From Octopus bimaculoides (taxonomy: Eukaryota), in the NCBI RefSeq assembly GCF_001194135.2, contig NC_068985.1:61144198-61208197 (forward strand): a stretch of 64,000 nucleotides of DNA, in the 5' to 3' direction. Shown piece after piece: positions 12,641-24,705 of this stretch (the first letter of the stretch is position 1; each line of letters opens with the position of its first letter). Made by a program: the position numbers and the translations under genes. Under the pieces are notes generated by a model. The model saw only the letters and a list, made by a program, of their open reading frames with translations, searched no databases and was not told the DNA's origin.

Positions 12641-12742
12641 AGCAATACTCTTGTTGCTGGCAGATGTAATAGTTCCTTGACACACATACACACATGTATA
12701 CATGCATGTGTATATACTTGAGTTTATGGAATGCAGAAATGG

Positions 12743-13045
12743 TATTTATATATCACCTGAGGAAACAAGAACTCATAATGCAGGGAAAACGGTTACATAA
12801 CCAAATACCTGTGAACCTGGAGAACTACGTCGCATGGAAACAATTGTGGTGATTACAAATAAATGTTTCTCTGTACTCCTTGTTGACTAACTTATTCAAC
12901 TATACATATACACACTACAGTAGCACCAATGCAAATCTGGTAGTAGGTATAATACTACTACTGAATAGTACTGGGTGAAATCTGAAGGTGGATGAGCTTT
13001 ATACTGTACTCTACTACATTCTTAACAGAATATAACCTAACTACA
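12743..13045 (+). mobile_element. Unclassified interspersed repeat ending in (TA)n
   Basis: Homologous to both arms of the 15347-15740 structure (ATCACCTGAGGAAAC, CCTGGAGAACTAC, ATCTGAAGGTGGA). Confidence 0.75.
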
Positions 13046-13069
13046 TATATATATATATATATATATATA

Positions 13070-13272
13070 GTGAATCCAAACAAAGAAGAACAAACAAGAA
13101 AAAACAATAATGCAAGGACGTGGTACAAGTACTGTATTATCAGACGCTCAGGAAAGGAAGGAAAGATGATTTAACGTTTTGAGCCTTGCTCTTCTTCAGA
13201 AATTGAGGAAAGTCCAAAGGAAGGGAAGACGGAAGAAAATCACCAACGATACACATGCGGTTACATTTTAAA

Positions 13273-13277
<5 letters not shown>
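13070..13277 (-). mobile_element. Solo Penelope pLTR-like repeat between two (TA)n tracts
   Basis: About 207 bp, contains a minimal hammerhead motif, flanked by TA microsatellites. Confidence 0.6.
13169..13203 (-). ncRNA. Minimal type I hammerhead ribozyme, G12A-mutated
   Basis: Minus strand AUUU-CUGAAGA-A-GAGC-AAG-GCUC-AAAACGU-U-AAAU: 4-bp stem I, 4-bp stem II, palindromic ACGU stem III, but AAAA replaces GAAA. Confidence 0.6.
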
Positions 13278-13351
<74 letters not shown>

Positions 13352-14412
13352 AACATACACACACAACCACACATTATCCAATGAATTCTTCCTACTTTTT
13401 AAGTTGGTAAGTATGATATGAGGGAGTTTTGTTAGCTATTTCTAGCTGGTGGTTAGGTTGAGGCTGACAAGGACTTCCTCTAGCTATCAATGGTGAAGAT
13501 AATGAAGTTATTGTGTAGGTACATATATTTTAGCCTCAGGTCACTCCCATTCAACAAACCCATCATCATGTATATACCAGAGAAATATTCAGGAATGCTC
13601 ACACCCAAATGTAAAGTAATTTCTGAACATGGCAGTTATGTCTCACCTCTTAATGAAGGAGAAGGAAATAAAGAAAAAAAAATTAATCTGAAGTATAACT
13701 ACTACTTATATTATTAATATTATCATATCAAGAAGAAAGTTTAAATATCCAGAACAGAAAGGTGGAGAAAGAACACAGATTTATGATTTAAAAAATATAG
13801 TTTTAATCCTATAGAAAAACCAGTGACAAATCTAAAGATAAGAGTTTAAATCTGAGTAAGATTTAGAGGAATATAAAAACATGTTTCCTCATTTCTGTTA
13901 GATAATTTAGATAAACAGGAATCCCTTGACTAAGCTGCATTAATCTAGGCAATTTGGAACCCTAGTTTTACATAAATGCTCTTCTTCATTTCTGTCTTCT
14001 TTCCCATCTTCTTATCCACACTTGCTCCTCTTTGGTGAGCAACATCATTTCCCCTGTAACTTAGACTAACAGGTACATAGATGAAACTCTACAAGTGTGT
14101 AATGGTGGGGTTGGTTTGTTAGCATCAGAGCAAGATAAATCAACAGAGGATCTGAAACACTAGAAACATAATTTTGATTTTCTTTTTACTTAATCTGGTC
14201 AATATGCAAAATGTTGTTCACTCCCAATAAAAGTAAAATTTTCTGGAAATTGGATTGATGCATTGCCACTGGTGACCATTAGTGGCTTGTTTGGCTTGGA
14301 TGGGTGTATATGTGTCACTTTTAGAGTTAGCACCATTGTATGCTGGGGAGTAAAGTATAGACATGGCAAGTAGAGAGAGAGAGAGAGAGAGAGAGAGTAT
14401 GTGAGAAACAGA

Positions 14413-14459
<47 letters not shown>

Positions 14460-14679
14460 TGTGTGTGTGTATGTCAGTGTGTGTGTGTCTATGTGCGCAT
14501 GCATGCCTGCAGAATGCTTGCCTGACTTACATCTCTCCTGATAAGATTCTGGAAGGCCTAGCAGTTTCTTGTCACACTGAAATTGAATTTTTATAAGGGA
14601 CCTCTTACTAGAATATCTATCTTCTAAATTCTGGAGTCAGATTGTCTAAGGATAATGGGAAGAGGTCTGATTGACTTAC

Positions 14680-14728
14680 CTCATAAGGGACACTACAGTC
14701 ATACTTTTTGATTTGGGGGATAAACAGA
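14680..14728 (-). CDS. Putative host exon (49 nt)
   Basis: Strong sites TCTTTTCCTCAG and GAG|GTAAGT. Frame (I)CLSPKSKSMTVVSLM(R) links both neighbours; LFIPQIKKYDCSVPYE is also open. Confidence 0.65.
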
Positions 14729-14778
14729 CTGAGGAAAAGATCCATTGCGAGGCAATTACATTTTTCAACTCATCATAT

Positions 14779-15000
14779 TTAACACTTTAGCATTCAGATT
14801 ACTCAAATGTAATATTTATTTTCATTGTTTGGAATTAATTATGCACTATGTTGCAGATTAGTGAGATTTCAATGATGATATGGCTTAGTTTAAGAATGAC
14901 ATCGTAGGGTTGGTGAGAGAGGCTGGATCTGGCCAATTTCAACATAAAATGGTTTAAGTATTTTGGCCAGAAATGGACAGTTAGAATGCTAAAGGGTTGA
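14779..15000. mobile_element. piggyBac-like MITE
   Basis: Inverted ends TTAACACTTTAGCATTC and GAATGCTAAAGGGTTGA. Confidence 0.75.
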
Positions 15001-15313
15001 GACATTTAAGGAGCTAAGACACTTTACTCCTCACTGAAGAATTAAGTGAGGTTCTTGAGAGTGAGTGGCTGTTGCAGGGTCTGAGACTCGTAATTATTTG
15101 CAATAAAGCTGGATTATTGCTGTTGATATTTTAATATATGAAGAACTGAAACTATTTTACCTTGAGAATAAAAATTGAAATATTCTTTAAAATACATTTT
15201 ATGGCAAGTTATATGATAGACAATAAGGCCAAATATTAATGTTATTTTTATATCTATGTAAAATAATATTGGACTATATGGCTATTCCATATATGAATTG
15301 TTAATCTAGTAAA

Positions 15314-15350
<37 letters not shown>

Positions 15351-15465
15351 TATAGTAATATAGTAGAGTACCGTATAAAGCTCGTCCACCTTCAGATCTC
15401 ACCTTGTGCTATCCAGTAGTAGGATTATACATACTTCCAGGTTTGTGTCTGGGCTTCTGTCATGT

Positions 15466-15725
15466 TTGGCCATTTATTTTCAATCACTACAATTGTTTCT
15501 GTGCAACGTAGTTCTCCAGGCATGCAGGTACTTGATTATGCAACTTCTTCCCTACATTACAAGATCTAGTTGTGTTTCCTCAGGCAATATGTAAATATTT
15601 ACATATCACCTGAGGAAACACAACAAGATCTCAATGTAGGGAAGTGATTGCATAATCAAGTACCTGCACACCTGGAGAACTACATTGCATAGAAGCAATT
15701 GTAGTGGTTGAAAATAAATGTCCAA
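15466..15725. repeat. 260-bp imperfect palindrome (head-to-head copies of the 12743-13045 repeat)
   Basis: Perfect centre ATATGTAAATATTTACATAT (15587-15606). Arms pair out to TTGGCCATTTATTTTCAA / TTGAAAATAAATGTCCAA. Confidence 0.9.
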
Positions 15726-15967
15726 CTGTATTTCTTGTTGACTCAATTACACACACACACACATTACTATTTCTCCAGCTAAATATCATCACAGTTAAAC
15801 AAGCAGCTGAAAGGTAAAGTTGACTTTGACAGAATTTAAAGTCAGAATGAAACAAGCTAAATATCACTCTGCAAATTCTTCCAATCTATGGCCCCTTTTT
15901 ATGTAATAATACTAATAAAAGTAGTTTATTTTAGTTCCCTCACTTTTTCTTCCTGCTTCCTTATTAC

Positions 15968-16078
15968 TAAGTTTCAACAATTTCAGCATAATGTCAACAG
16001 TTGTGACATTATACAACCATGATGCTGCTACATTAGTAATATACTGGGAGATGTCTACAATACCATCCTCTCTTCTGA
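15968..16078 (-). CDS. Putative host exon
   Basis: Pyrimidine tract TTATCTTCTTGTTTATGTAGTTAG. (V)RREDGIVDISQYITNVAASWLYNVTTVDIMLKLLKL. Phases 1 to 1 fit neighbours, but the donor A|GTAATA is weak and a plus-strand exon competes. Confidence 0.45.
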
Positions 16079-18356
16079 CTAACTACATAAACAAGAAGAT
16101 AATCTTCCACTCTGAGAGAATCCTGACTCACAATGTTGGAAACAAGGTTTTGTGTGATAATGGTAAGTTGGTGGGGTTAGTTATTGCTAGATTAATTTCA
16201 CCACTCCCCATGTCACAAGAAACACTTTAGTTAAAAGTGGTGTGGCTTTTAATAGTGAAAGCCAGAATGTCAGGAGACAAAATGAGATTTTACGTAAATA
16301 CTTGCTACTGTTGAATAACATTACTCAACTCTGAACATTTGCATGGCAGTAGTTTTATTAATTTAAATATTACTGCTACCCGTGAAACAAAATTTGATAA
16401 ATAAATAGCACTAGCAGTTAATTTTTGAAATAGGATAATTGAATAAGAATTTGAACTTTTTTTTTTAAGAAACACTTAATTGATATTTAAAAATAAAATT
16501 AACAGTATCTTTTCTCAATCCTACCATAAGGTGACTGTAGTATCTAATTTCTAATATTTAAATCAACTGTGTTCAGTTAATTGGGTTAGTATCAGTTCAC
16601 TCGATACTACCTCTGGTTCTTTGATACAAAATTGTTCAATTAAAGGGTTTGTATCTAAATTAAAATCTTCCATGTAAAAATCTTTAGTTATATTCCAGAC
16701 ACTGATGGGCCAGTGGGCTATGCTTCAAGAGTGAGAAAAGAAAGGAGAGAAGGATAGGTTGAGGTGGATGTAGAGAAGTGAATCAGTTAAAGGGTTAGTA
16801 ACTATTAAAAGGAAGGGTAAGAATGATTAGTGTAAAGTGGTTAGCTAAGTTTAGTGGCAGAAGGTTGGTAACTTTACAACAAATGTCATTCAGAGAGAGG
16901 TGTTCCACTGACCCATGACACATGCACACACAAAATTTATATACTGTCTACATTTTACAACAGCACCTCTCTCTCCCACTCTTTTTCTGTCACTCAACAC
17001 TCACACATACCCACATACAGACATGCAACCACTAAACTAAGCTAAGACAGTGACAGGCAATAGTTCTGTGTATGATTGTGTATGCATGTGTAAAGAGATA
17101 GAGGTACGCATGCATTTATGTATGTATAAATATTATCTGTACATGTATACATACAAGTATGTATAACAGTTTATGTGTGTATGTGTGTGTGTATTAATCA
17201 GTAAAAGCTACCGAGTGACTCAAGGACTGGGTTTTGTGCATTAGTACAAGTTACTATAATTTCTGCAGAGTAATAAAAACATATAATATACAAACTCATA
17301 TTCCCATTTCTATTTTCCTGTTTGTACCACCAAAGTTGCACACACGCACACACACACAAACTAATGACACCATTTTGAGCTAAAAAGCCATTACAGAGAA
17401 AAGATTCACAATTTTTAAAGATCTATTCTGTAGGTGATGTTCAAATGGAAGCATGATGTTTCAAGAAAAACGGCCCAAGCACAATGTTAGAACTTATTTT
17501 AAAATGGCAATAGATGCTTCATGGAAGAAATTCTTACGTTAGAGGCTTTCTGTATGCTTTAGAATGTACTTCAACTCCGGACTTTCAAGTCGTCATCAAA
17601 GTTGACAATTGACTCATAGGAGCAGCAAATGGAACACTGATTTGGAGTATTATGACAATGATATCAAGTTCATAAATGAAACTAATTATTCACTTGATGC
17701 TTCTATCTATATTATCTATATTATAATAAAGCTGCTTATTAATTAGGTGTGTAACAGTTACTAAAAGAAAGCAATTATTAAAGGCTTGACTGGAAGTTTT
17801 TTTATAAATTCATGTTCCAAGAAATTTCCAGTAATTTTGATTTCTGAAGTTTATTGAAGTAATAACTGACGTTGATCGGGTAATTACTTTTACTCTTTCT
17901 CGGGAGCTGCATTCAAAATGTTATATATATAGATTTACACCTCCTGTATGCGTGTATTTTATAAGAAAAAACATGTAATAATTGAAGTAGAAAAAAAGAT
18001 CAATTTCATACACAAACTTCTGTTTGTTTATTATACGACAATAATAAGTGAGTTGTATGTGTTATTTTATATATCAATACAGTAATGGTGATTATATAAT
18101 ATACAAGGCTTTGGTCGGCACAGAGCTGTAATGAAAGAGAATTGCCCAACGTGCCACATAGTGCGACTGAACCCAAGACAACATGGTTGGAAAGCAAGCT
18201 TCTCAACTACACAGCTACACCTATAAAGGAGAGAAACATTTTGGATAATATACTCCTTGATACAATATGCTTAGCAAAAAGATGAGATGTTTATGGCGAG
18301 AAGACCTTTGATTTTAATATTTACTTGAGCAACACAACTAACAACACTACACCATA

Positions 18357-18836
18357 CAGGATGTTCCAGAATTAACTGTTTCAATGAAATTAAGCAAATT
18401 TTTAAAAAACTGACAGAATTTTATGTTTATTACCAAAACAAATAGATTTATAAATCCTTTGTCAAACTTTTATTGAAAATTTTCAACATGTCTGTAACCT
18501 TGCAAACTTCAAATCTCTCCTTAGCATTGTCAAACACATTTTGAAACATTTCAGGAGTTAGCTCCTGCACTGCGAACTGAATGTATTCTTTCAGCTCAGC
18601 TAAATGATTGCTTCATCATGGGGGTGGAGGTAAGGAAAATGATTGCTGCCAAATTCAAAAAAAGCTATCATGGACAAATAAGAGGGGTCCAATAGGAATG
18701 AAAATAAAATTATAAACAAAATTAAAAATTTATACACTTTTAACACATATTAAACATGATAAACATGAATAAAAGCGAGTTTTAAAAAAATGCATCCGAT
18801 TTCACTCAAAATCATCATTAATTCTGGGACACCCTG
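18357..18836 (-). mobile_element. Internally deleted Tc1/mariner element
   Basis: TIRs CAGGATGTTCCAGAATTAA and TTAATTCTGGGACACCCTG, TA on both sides. Retains the transposase C-terminus HLAELKEYIQFAVQELTPEMFQNVFDNAKERFEVC. Confidence 0.85.
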
Positions 18837-19794
18837 TATTTACTCGTCTGACTAAACGGGGGAGGCCTAATTGCAAGTGGCAAGTAGCTTCCAGAAGTGG
18901 TCACACAGTCAAACTCAAATGGCTGTGAGTCCTAACAGCAGTTTGTTTTTTTGTTTGAACATTTTGCATTATATACTTCAGACATGGATGACATAGAAAG
19001 CAGACATGCTGTTGGGCCATGCTGTGTTGCACAGGATTGGAAATGTGAAACATCAACAGGGAACTTCTGGAGAATGGATGAATGAGCTTGTTGTGTCTTT
19101 ACCTAGTCACACACTTACGTGGGATGGTAACACAGAGCATCAACAGGGCACTGACAAAAATTTTCATGTTCTTTTCATTTCCTCTGCCAAATTGGACAAA
19201 AAAGGTTTTCATGAAATATTATACGTTACTTATAATATGTATGTAGTATCAATATTTTATTATCAGAAAATGGCCTAAAACAAAGATAAAACCCAGTTCA
19301 GTATACTCAAATCTGATTAATCTGCATTTTTGGGGGCCCATAGTCAGTGTCAGAAATTGTTTGTAGTCAACAACAAATCGAGGAGCCTGATTAATGTTTG
19401 TTGCAAATTTACAGGAAAGCAACTAGATGCTCTTCAATTTACGGGCTTTAACGCTGCAAAAATACTTTAAAAATGCAGCTTATTTGTCCCTTCGCCCACA
19501 TTAGGCAAGAAGTTGAAAATTTTTTTGGCCCATAACACTATCGACCATATGTAATGCACATGTAAAATTCCATTAAAATTGGTTGGGTGGCTCTCGAGTT
19601 TTAACAACCTAACACACAGACACACATCCTATATTTTATATATATATAAATTTGACTACAAGTTTTCACAGATTTAGATATTCATTGCATTCACTGTGGA
19701 GTAGGTTTTCATTTTTAATAAACAATATTAATTCATTAGACAAAATTTTATGTTTTTATTTGCAACAGTCTCTCACTTCTATTTTCATTGATGA

Positions 19795-20276
19795 TAATTA
19801 CCTTGGCCTTAGCGAAGGCAGAGGTGTTGTTTTCAGTCGTGTTTGTTTGTCCATGGACAAGATAACTCGAGAACCACTGGATGAATTCAGATGAAACTTT
19901 ATACTTTGCCAAGTTTCTGAATTTGTTATAATAATCAGAAAAACATCAGATATATTTGTGAGTGTTGTGAGTGCTGTCAAACCAGCCAAATCTTCATGTT
20001 GGTTATAAAAACCAGAATTATATTTCAACATGTAAGTAGTGATAATTGTTAATGCCATTTAAACCACAACTCTCCGTGATGAAAAGAAGAATCCAAACAG
20101 TGGTACTTCAAAGTGAACGCTGTAGTTTGTTCAATGTCCAGGCCGCAACTAAATGAAACTCTTTCAAAATCGGTGGTACAGTTACATACATATACTAAGA
20201 CAGACACACACAGACATACATTCACACACACCTCAGGCCTATCTATGTCTCTCTGTGTGTCTGTCTGTGTCTTTAG

Positions 20277-20309
<33 letters not shown>

Positions 20310-20599
20310 AGTTGTCACAAAAATGTATGTATACTGACACACTGACAGACGCATATACCAGACACTCATATAGAATATGTGACGTCATCGTGGTATAAAA
20401 TGTCGTTTATGATAGTTGACTTAGAGAAAAATTATAATCTTAAATTTTTGTAATGCAAATATGTAAATGAAAATGAAGTTTATTTGGAAGCTGAAAAGAT
20501 TACTGAATCCTTTGATAACTCATACGTCAAAATTAGCAACTCAATTTTCAAATCTGTAAGGAACACGCACACGCACACACTCTCTTTTATATATTAAGA
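19795..20599. mobile_element. Rolling-circle (Helentron/Helitron-like) non-autonomous fragments
   Basis: TTACCTTGGCC...GGCAGAGGT hairpin followed by GTTT/GTC repeats and AGATAACTCG, a DINE/HINE-like layout. Helitron-like 5' end TCTTAATATATAAAAG on the minus strand at about 20599. Confidence 0.4.
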
Positions 20600-20685
20600 T
20601 AAATAAAATGACTACGTAGTGTACTCAATTCAAAACTTTGTGGAGTGCTTTTCCAAAAGTTAAATAAATTGCTTTCTGAAGTTAC

Positions 20686-20812
20686 CAATAATTCCATGAG
20701 TCTTCCACATGAGCAATGCCAGGTATTTCAGCAAGTTTAACACAAGTTTAATATAACTAATAAATGGTGAAGTTAGTTTGGGAAATCTCTTCAAATTCTT
20801 TATTATTTTAAA
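20686..20812 (-). CDS. Putative host exon
   Basis: Acceptor TGTGTTGTTTCAATTTAG, donor G|GTAACT. FKIIKNLKRFPKLTSPFISYIKLVLNLLKYLALLMWKTHGII, 127 nt, phase 0 to 1. Confidence 0.55.
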
Positions 20813-22438
20813 CTAAATTGAAACAACACATGCAATTAAAATATTCTTAAGCATTAACAGTTCAGTTGCAAAGAGATGGATCATTCAGGAATAGACTTTC
20901 TTATTAAAGATTCAAGTTCATCTATTTCTGGCATTGCACTGTGCCTTTAGTAAAGACAATCCTCACAAAGTTTCTCTGGTTGTATATGGGCACTACTGTA
21001 AGTAGTGAGAATATGAAATACTGGGTTTCAATCCTTCCATGACTGGATTAGAAAATAGGAGGAAACTCCAGTGGCATTATAAGTAATCATCAGAGCAATA
21101 GAGAGATGGGTAGATGGGCTCCAGAGACAATTCAGTTAGTGTTACCAATACATTAAGTACAAACAGAGTATCACAATTTCCCTTTACCTTAACATTAAGA
21201 TTTAGTATTTACTAGAACAACAGCAAACTTCAAGCAATATTAGTTATGCTACTAACAGATTGGGCATTTGCTTATAAAAAAAACATTTAGCCATAAATAT
21301 CATTTCTCACAAAGTCAAAGTTAAAATTTCAGGAATTATTCATTGGCAACAAAAAATAGAAATTGAAACAGAGTTATATTTCACATTTGATATTGTAAAT
21401 ATCAACGTGAGATAGAAAATTGAAGCAGGTTTTCTGTCAGGGCTAAAACCATAAATTTATTGATTGCCAAAAGACCAGGTTGTCAATGATGATACAAAAC
21501 CAGTAGCTAAACTTCATAATCTAATATTTTACACATAAATCCTTGATGCTTACTACTTCTATTTCTTTTTTTTCTTTTTTTTATTTATTCATGACATATG
21601 TTAACAGAACCAGCTATTTGAAGGTAAATGAAATAGCCATGATAAAGAATTTCATCTAGCATAAGAATTTAGGAAACTTATAGAGCAATTAAAAGACTTT
21701 GTGAATGGAACTGGCAAAGATTTAGCCTCCTCTATAGTAGATTATCTTTCTTCAAAGACAGCAGCAATTTGGCAAAATACTGAAACTTTGCTATCAAGTG
21801 AGAAAGATATGAAGATGTTAAAGCATTAAAGTCGTACAGTTATCTCAAGATAACAAACTTAAGACCTTATGCTTAACAGATAATTTCCCCTCTTGCTACT
21901 TGTTGAGAGCTTTCGTATTCTGATGTGTATATCATGTTAAATAGAGAAACTAACAAAATTTACATTGAAAATTAAAATAAATACTTTTGCATTCATTTGT
22001 TATCCAATTTGGTCAATAAGGAACTGACCTGACCAGATCAACATTTATTGATTGTTTATTTATATTGATTCAATAACCAACATAGAACAATTGAACAGCC
22101 TCGTGGTTTCAAGACAATTACGCTAATGTTCATTTCATTCCTAAATAATTCATATTGGTACTTTGGTACTTAAAGTTATAATCACATTTATATGTTTGTT
22201 ACACATCAATAAGACACATGCACACACACATCAAGATAATGTGGACAGCCTGTATATGGTTGCTCTATCTGTTAGAAAGAGCAGCCAAATCTCCCTCAAA
22301 TTACATCCTACCATCTTTAGAAAGGAAACCTGGGATGATAAGGTTCTGGGCACACAATGCAAGAAAAGGGACAGAATGATTACATCCAAAATGTTTTTGA
22401 TCATAGGTCAATGACATCATATTTAACCTGGGTTTAAA

Positions 22439-22473
<35 letters not shown>

Positions 22474-23321
22474 ACAATGCACTATTGACAAGATGGAATT
22501 AGATGTTGACTTGTATACTTCATTTAAGTCTGTAAAAAGCAATATTAATTAATAATACCAATAATGATAATTAGAACACATAACATCTTATGGTTGGATA
22601 TATACAAACAACATTCCACAACATTGGCTATTATTATTATCATTATTTGAACAAAATGCCTTGCAGAGATGTTCCAGCTCTTTGCATTCCGAATTAAATC
22701 CAGTTGAGGGGTCAACTTTGCCCATTATCCTTTGGGGAACACAAAAGACAGAACAAGTACTGGGGTCAACTCCTTCCCATAAACATTCAGAGTTGATAAA
22801 ATAACGTATCAGTCAAGTATTGTGGTTGAGTTAATCCACTAAACTCCTTCCATCCTTTTAAAAACAATTACTATTAATATTATTAAAATCATAATGATAG
22901 CAAGCTGGCAGAATCATTAGAGCATCTGAAAAAATGATTTGCAGTATTCTATCTCTCCATATTCTGAGTAAAATACCTGCTGAAGTCACCTCTGGTTGTT
23001 ATTCCTTTCAGCTCAATAAAATAGAGTACCAGTTGAGTACTATGGTTACTTTAAATGATAAACCTTCACATATTAAAATTACTGGTTTTCTGCTTTGGAA
23101 GCAAATACTGAAATCACAAGAAGTGGTCTGATTTGGAAGGGAGGAAATAGGTCCAGAAAGCCAGTTCTGAGTACAAAGTGAGTCAGTTGTAATACAGAAA
23201 CACTAAACAACATAATGAGCTGGTAAAATGACCATTTTTACTGATTACACTGGACCCCATGAATAAGTTCAAGTTCATTCGGAAGTCCAGTAATTAGGGT
23301 TAATCATAGTCATTAACTAAC

Positions 23322-23363
23322 ACAGTTGCCAAAAACAAACTGGACAAGCTGTTTCTCATGTAA
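23322..23363 (-). CDS. Possible host exon
   Basis: ATTGTTTTATTTATAAG|(N)YMRNSLSSLFLAT|GTTAGT. Phase 2 start matches 24482-24638. Confidence 0.3.
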
Positions 23364-23599
23364 CTTATAAATAAAACAATATGACTGTTGTTGCTGCTAT
23401 TTCTACTACTACTAATAAAATAATGTTTTCTTTATTAACTAAGGTTTCACAAAAATATTGAGGGTGATACAGAATGGTACAAGGTGGAATTACATAAAAG
23501 TTCATAAAATGGAGAATAATGAGAACAAAGAAGGAATAAACTCCATACAATGAATAATTCCACCACTCCCATCCTCCCACACACAAAAGAGACTTTGAA

Positions 23600-24170
23600 G
23601 GATTACTCAAAGAAACTTCGCAAAACACAGTCAGCTTGACCACTAAGGCAAGTGCCTTCTCCCTGTTGTCCTTCAATTTCTTGGCCCATACTCAGAGAAG
23701 ATCTATTTCCTCAGATTATGCTTTCCATTCGCAGTCACCTTTCAACAAATTTGATAGATAGCACTTCCCTCTCTTAAATAATTTTTTTTTATCAGCCATA
23801 GTTCATAAAAGCGAGAACAATACAAAGGACTTCGTAAAACACAGGAAGGGTTTACCTAAAAATCATGTAAAAAAAATAATAGAAGCAAAGACTGAAGAGG
23901 GTTGGCCCTCCTCAACTTTTGACTTTGTTACTTGTTTATAAATCCTTTCACAGTCTTGTCCACCATACAACCTTTTTGCACTATCACCATGAAAAGAGGA
24001 AAAAAGCATACACTTCCTGCCCAACAGAAGATGGCAGGGTAATTTTCATGGTGGATTGGACAATTGTCAGAGCAGTCCAATACATGACAGATGGTGAACA
24101 TAAAAATCATGTTCATGGTGTGTGTGTGTATGTTTACAATTGAATCATGCATCTCCAAAATCACTCAGCT
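23600..24170 (-). mobile_element. L1/Tx1-like LINE 3' fragments
   Basis: AAGGTTGTATGGTGGACAAGACTG (KVVWWTRL) resembles the 3' region of the LINE at 35760-35960. A second decayed piece lies at 23600-23760. Confidence 0.5.
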
Positions 24171-24481
24171 ACAACTAGTGATGGTGTTGTCATTTCCTTA
24201 GTTAACAAATCTGCTGGCTTTGTGCCTTCAAAAACATATGAAATAGGAGACCCCACTTACTTGAAAAAAATAAAAATTTTGACTGGAGACAATGATAATG
24301 TACTAAAGTAAAAGGCGAAATAGTACTGGGCAATCTGCAAAGAAGAGGGGGAAGGAGACAGACAAAGTAGGAGAGAAGAGTTGAGAAGGAAAGATAGCAG
24401 GAGAATGTTTTAAAGTGAACCTTTGAAGTGGTTTGTCTTATATGTGAATAATTGCTGTAAAAGCTAACAAACAACGTTTAC

Positions 24482-24638
24482 TTAGTACAGAATTTCCGCC
24501 ACTGATAGGATTCTTTATCAAATCCTACATTGAAATGGGCTGATTGAAAGAGAAAGAAAATAACTTTAATAAGCTGGCTTTGTACCAAAAATGGCAAACC
24601 AGATTCTTGCTCGTGTTTTGAAAGCATTAACCTTTCAC
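24482..24638 (-). CDS. Putative host exon
   Basis: 157 nt open: (G)ERLMLSKHEQESGLPFLVQSQLIKVIFFLFQSAHFNVGFDKESYQWRKFCT, donor AA|GTAAAC. An alternative strong in-frame acceptor gives a start at 24539. Confidence 0.6.
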
Positions 24639-24664
24639 CTAAGAAGTATTTATATATTACTTTC

Positions 24665-24705
<41 letters not shown>

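Noticed and set aside
12750-12830. CTGAGGA...GAAA as a hammerhead
   Set aside because: No stem I or stem II pairing, and GAAA is not conserved in the 15600 copy.
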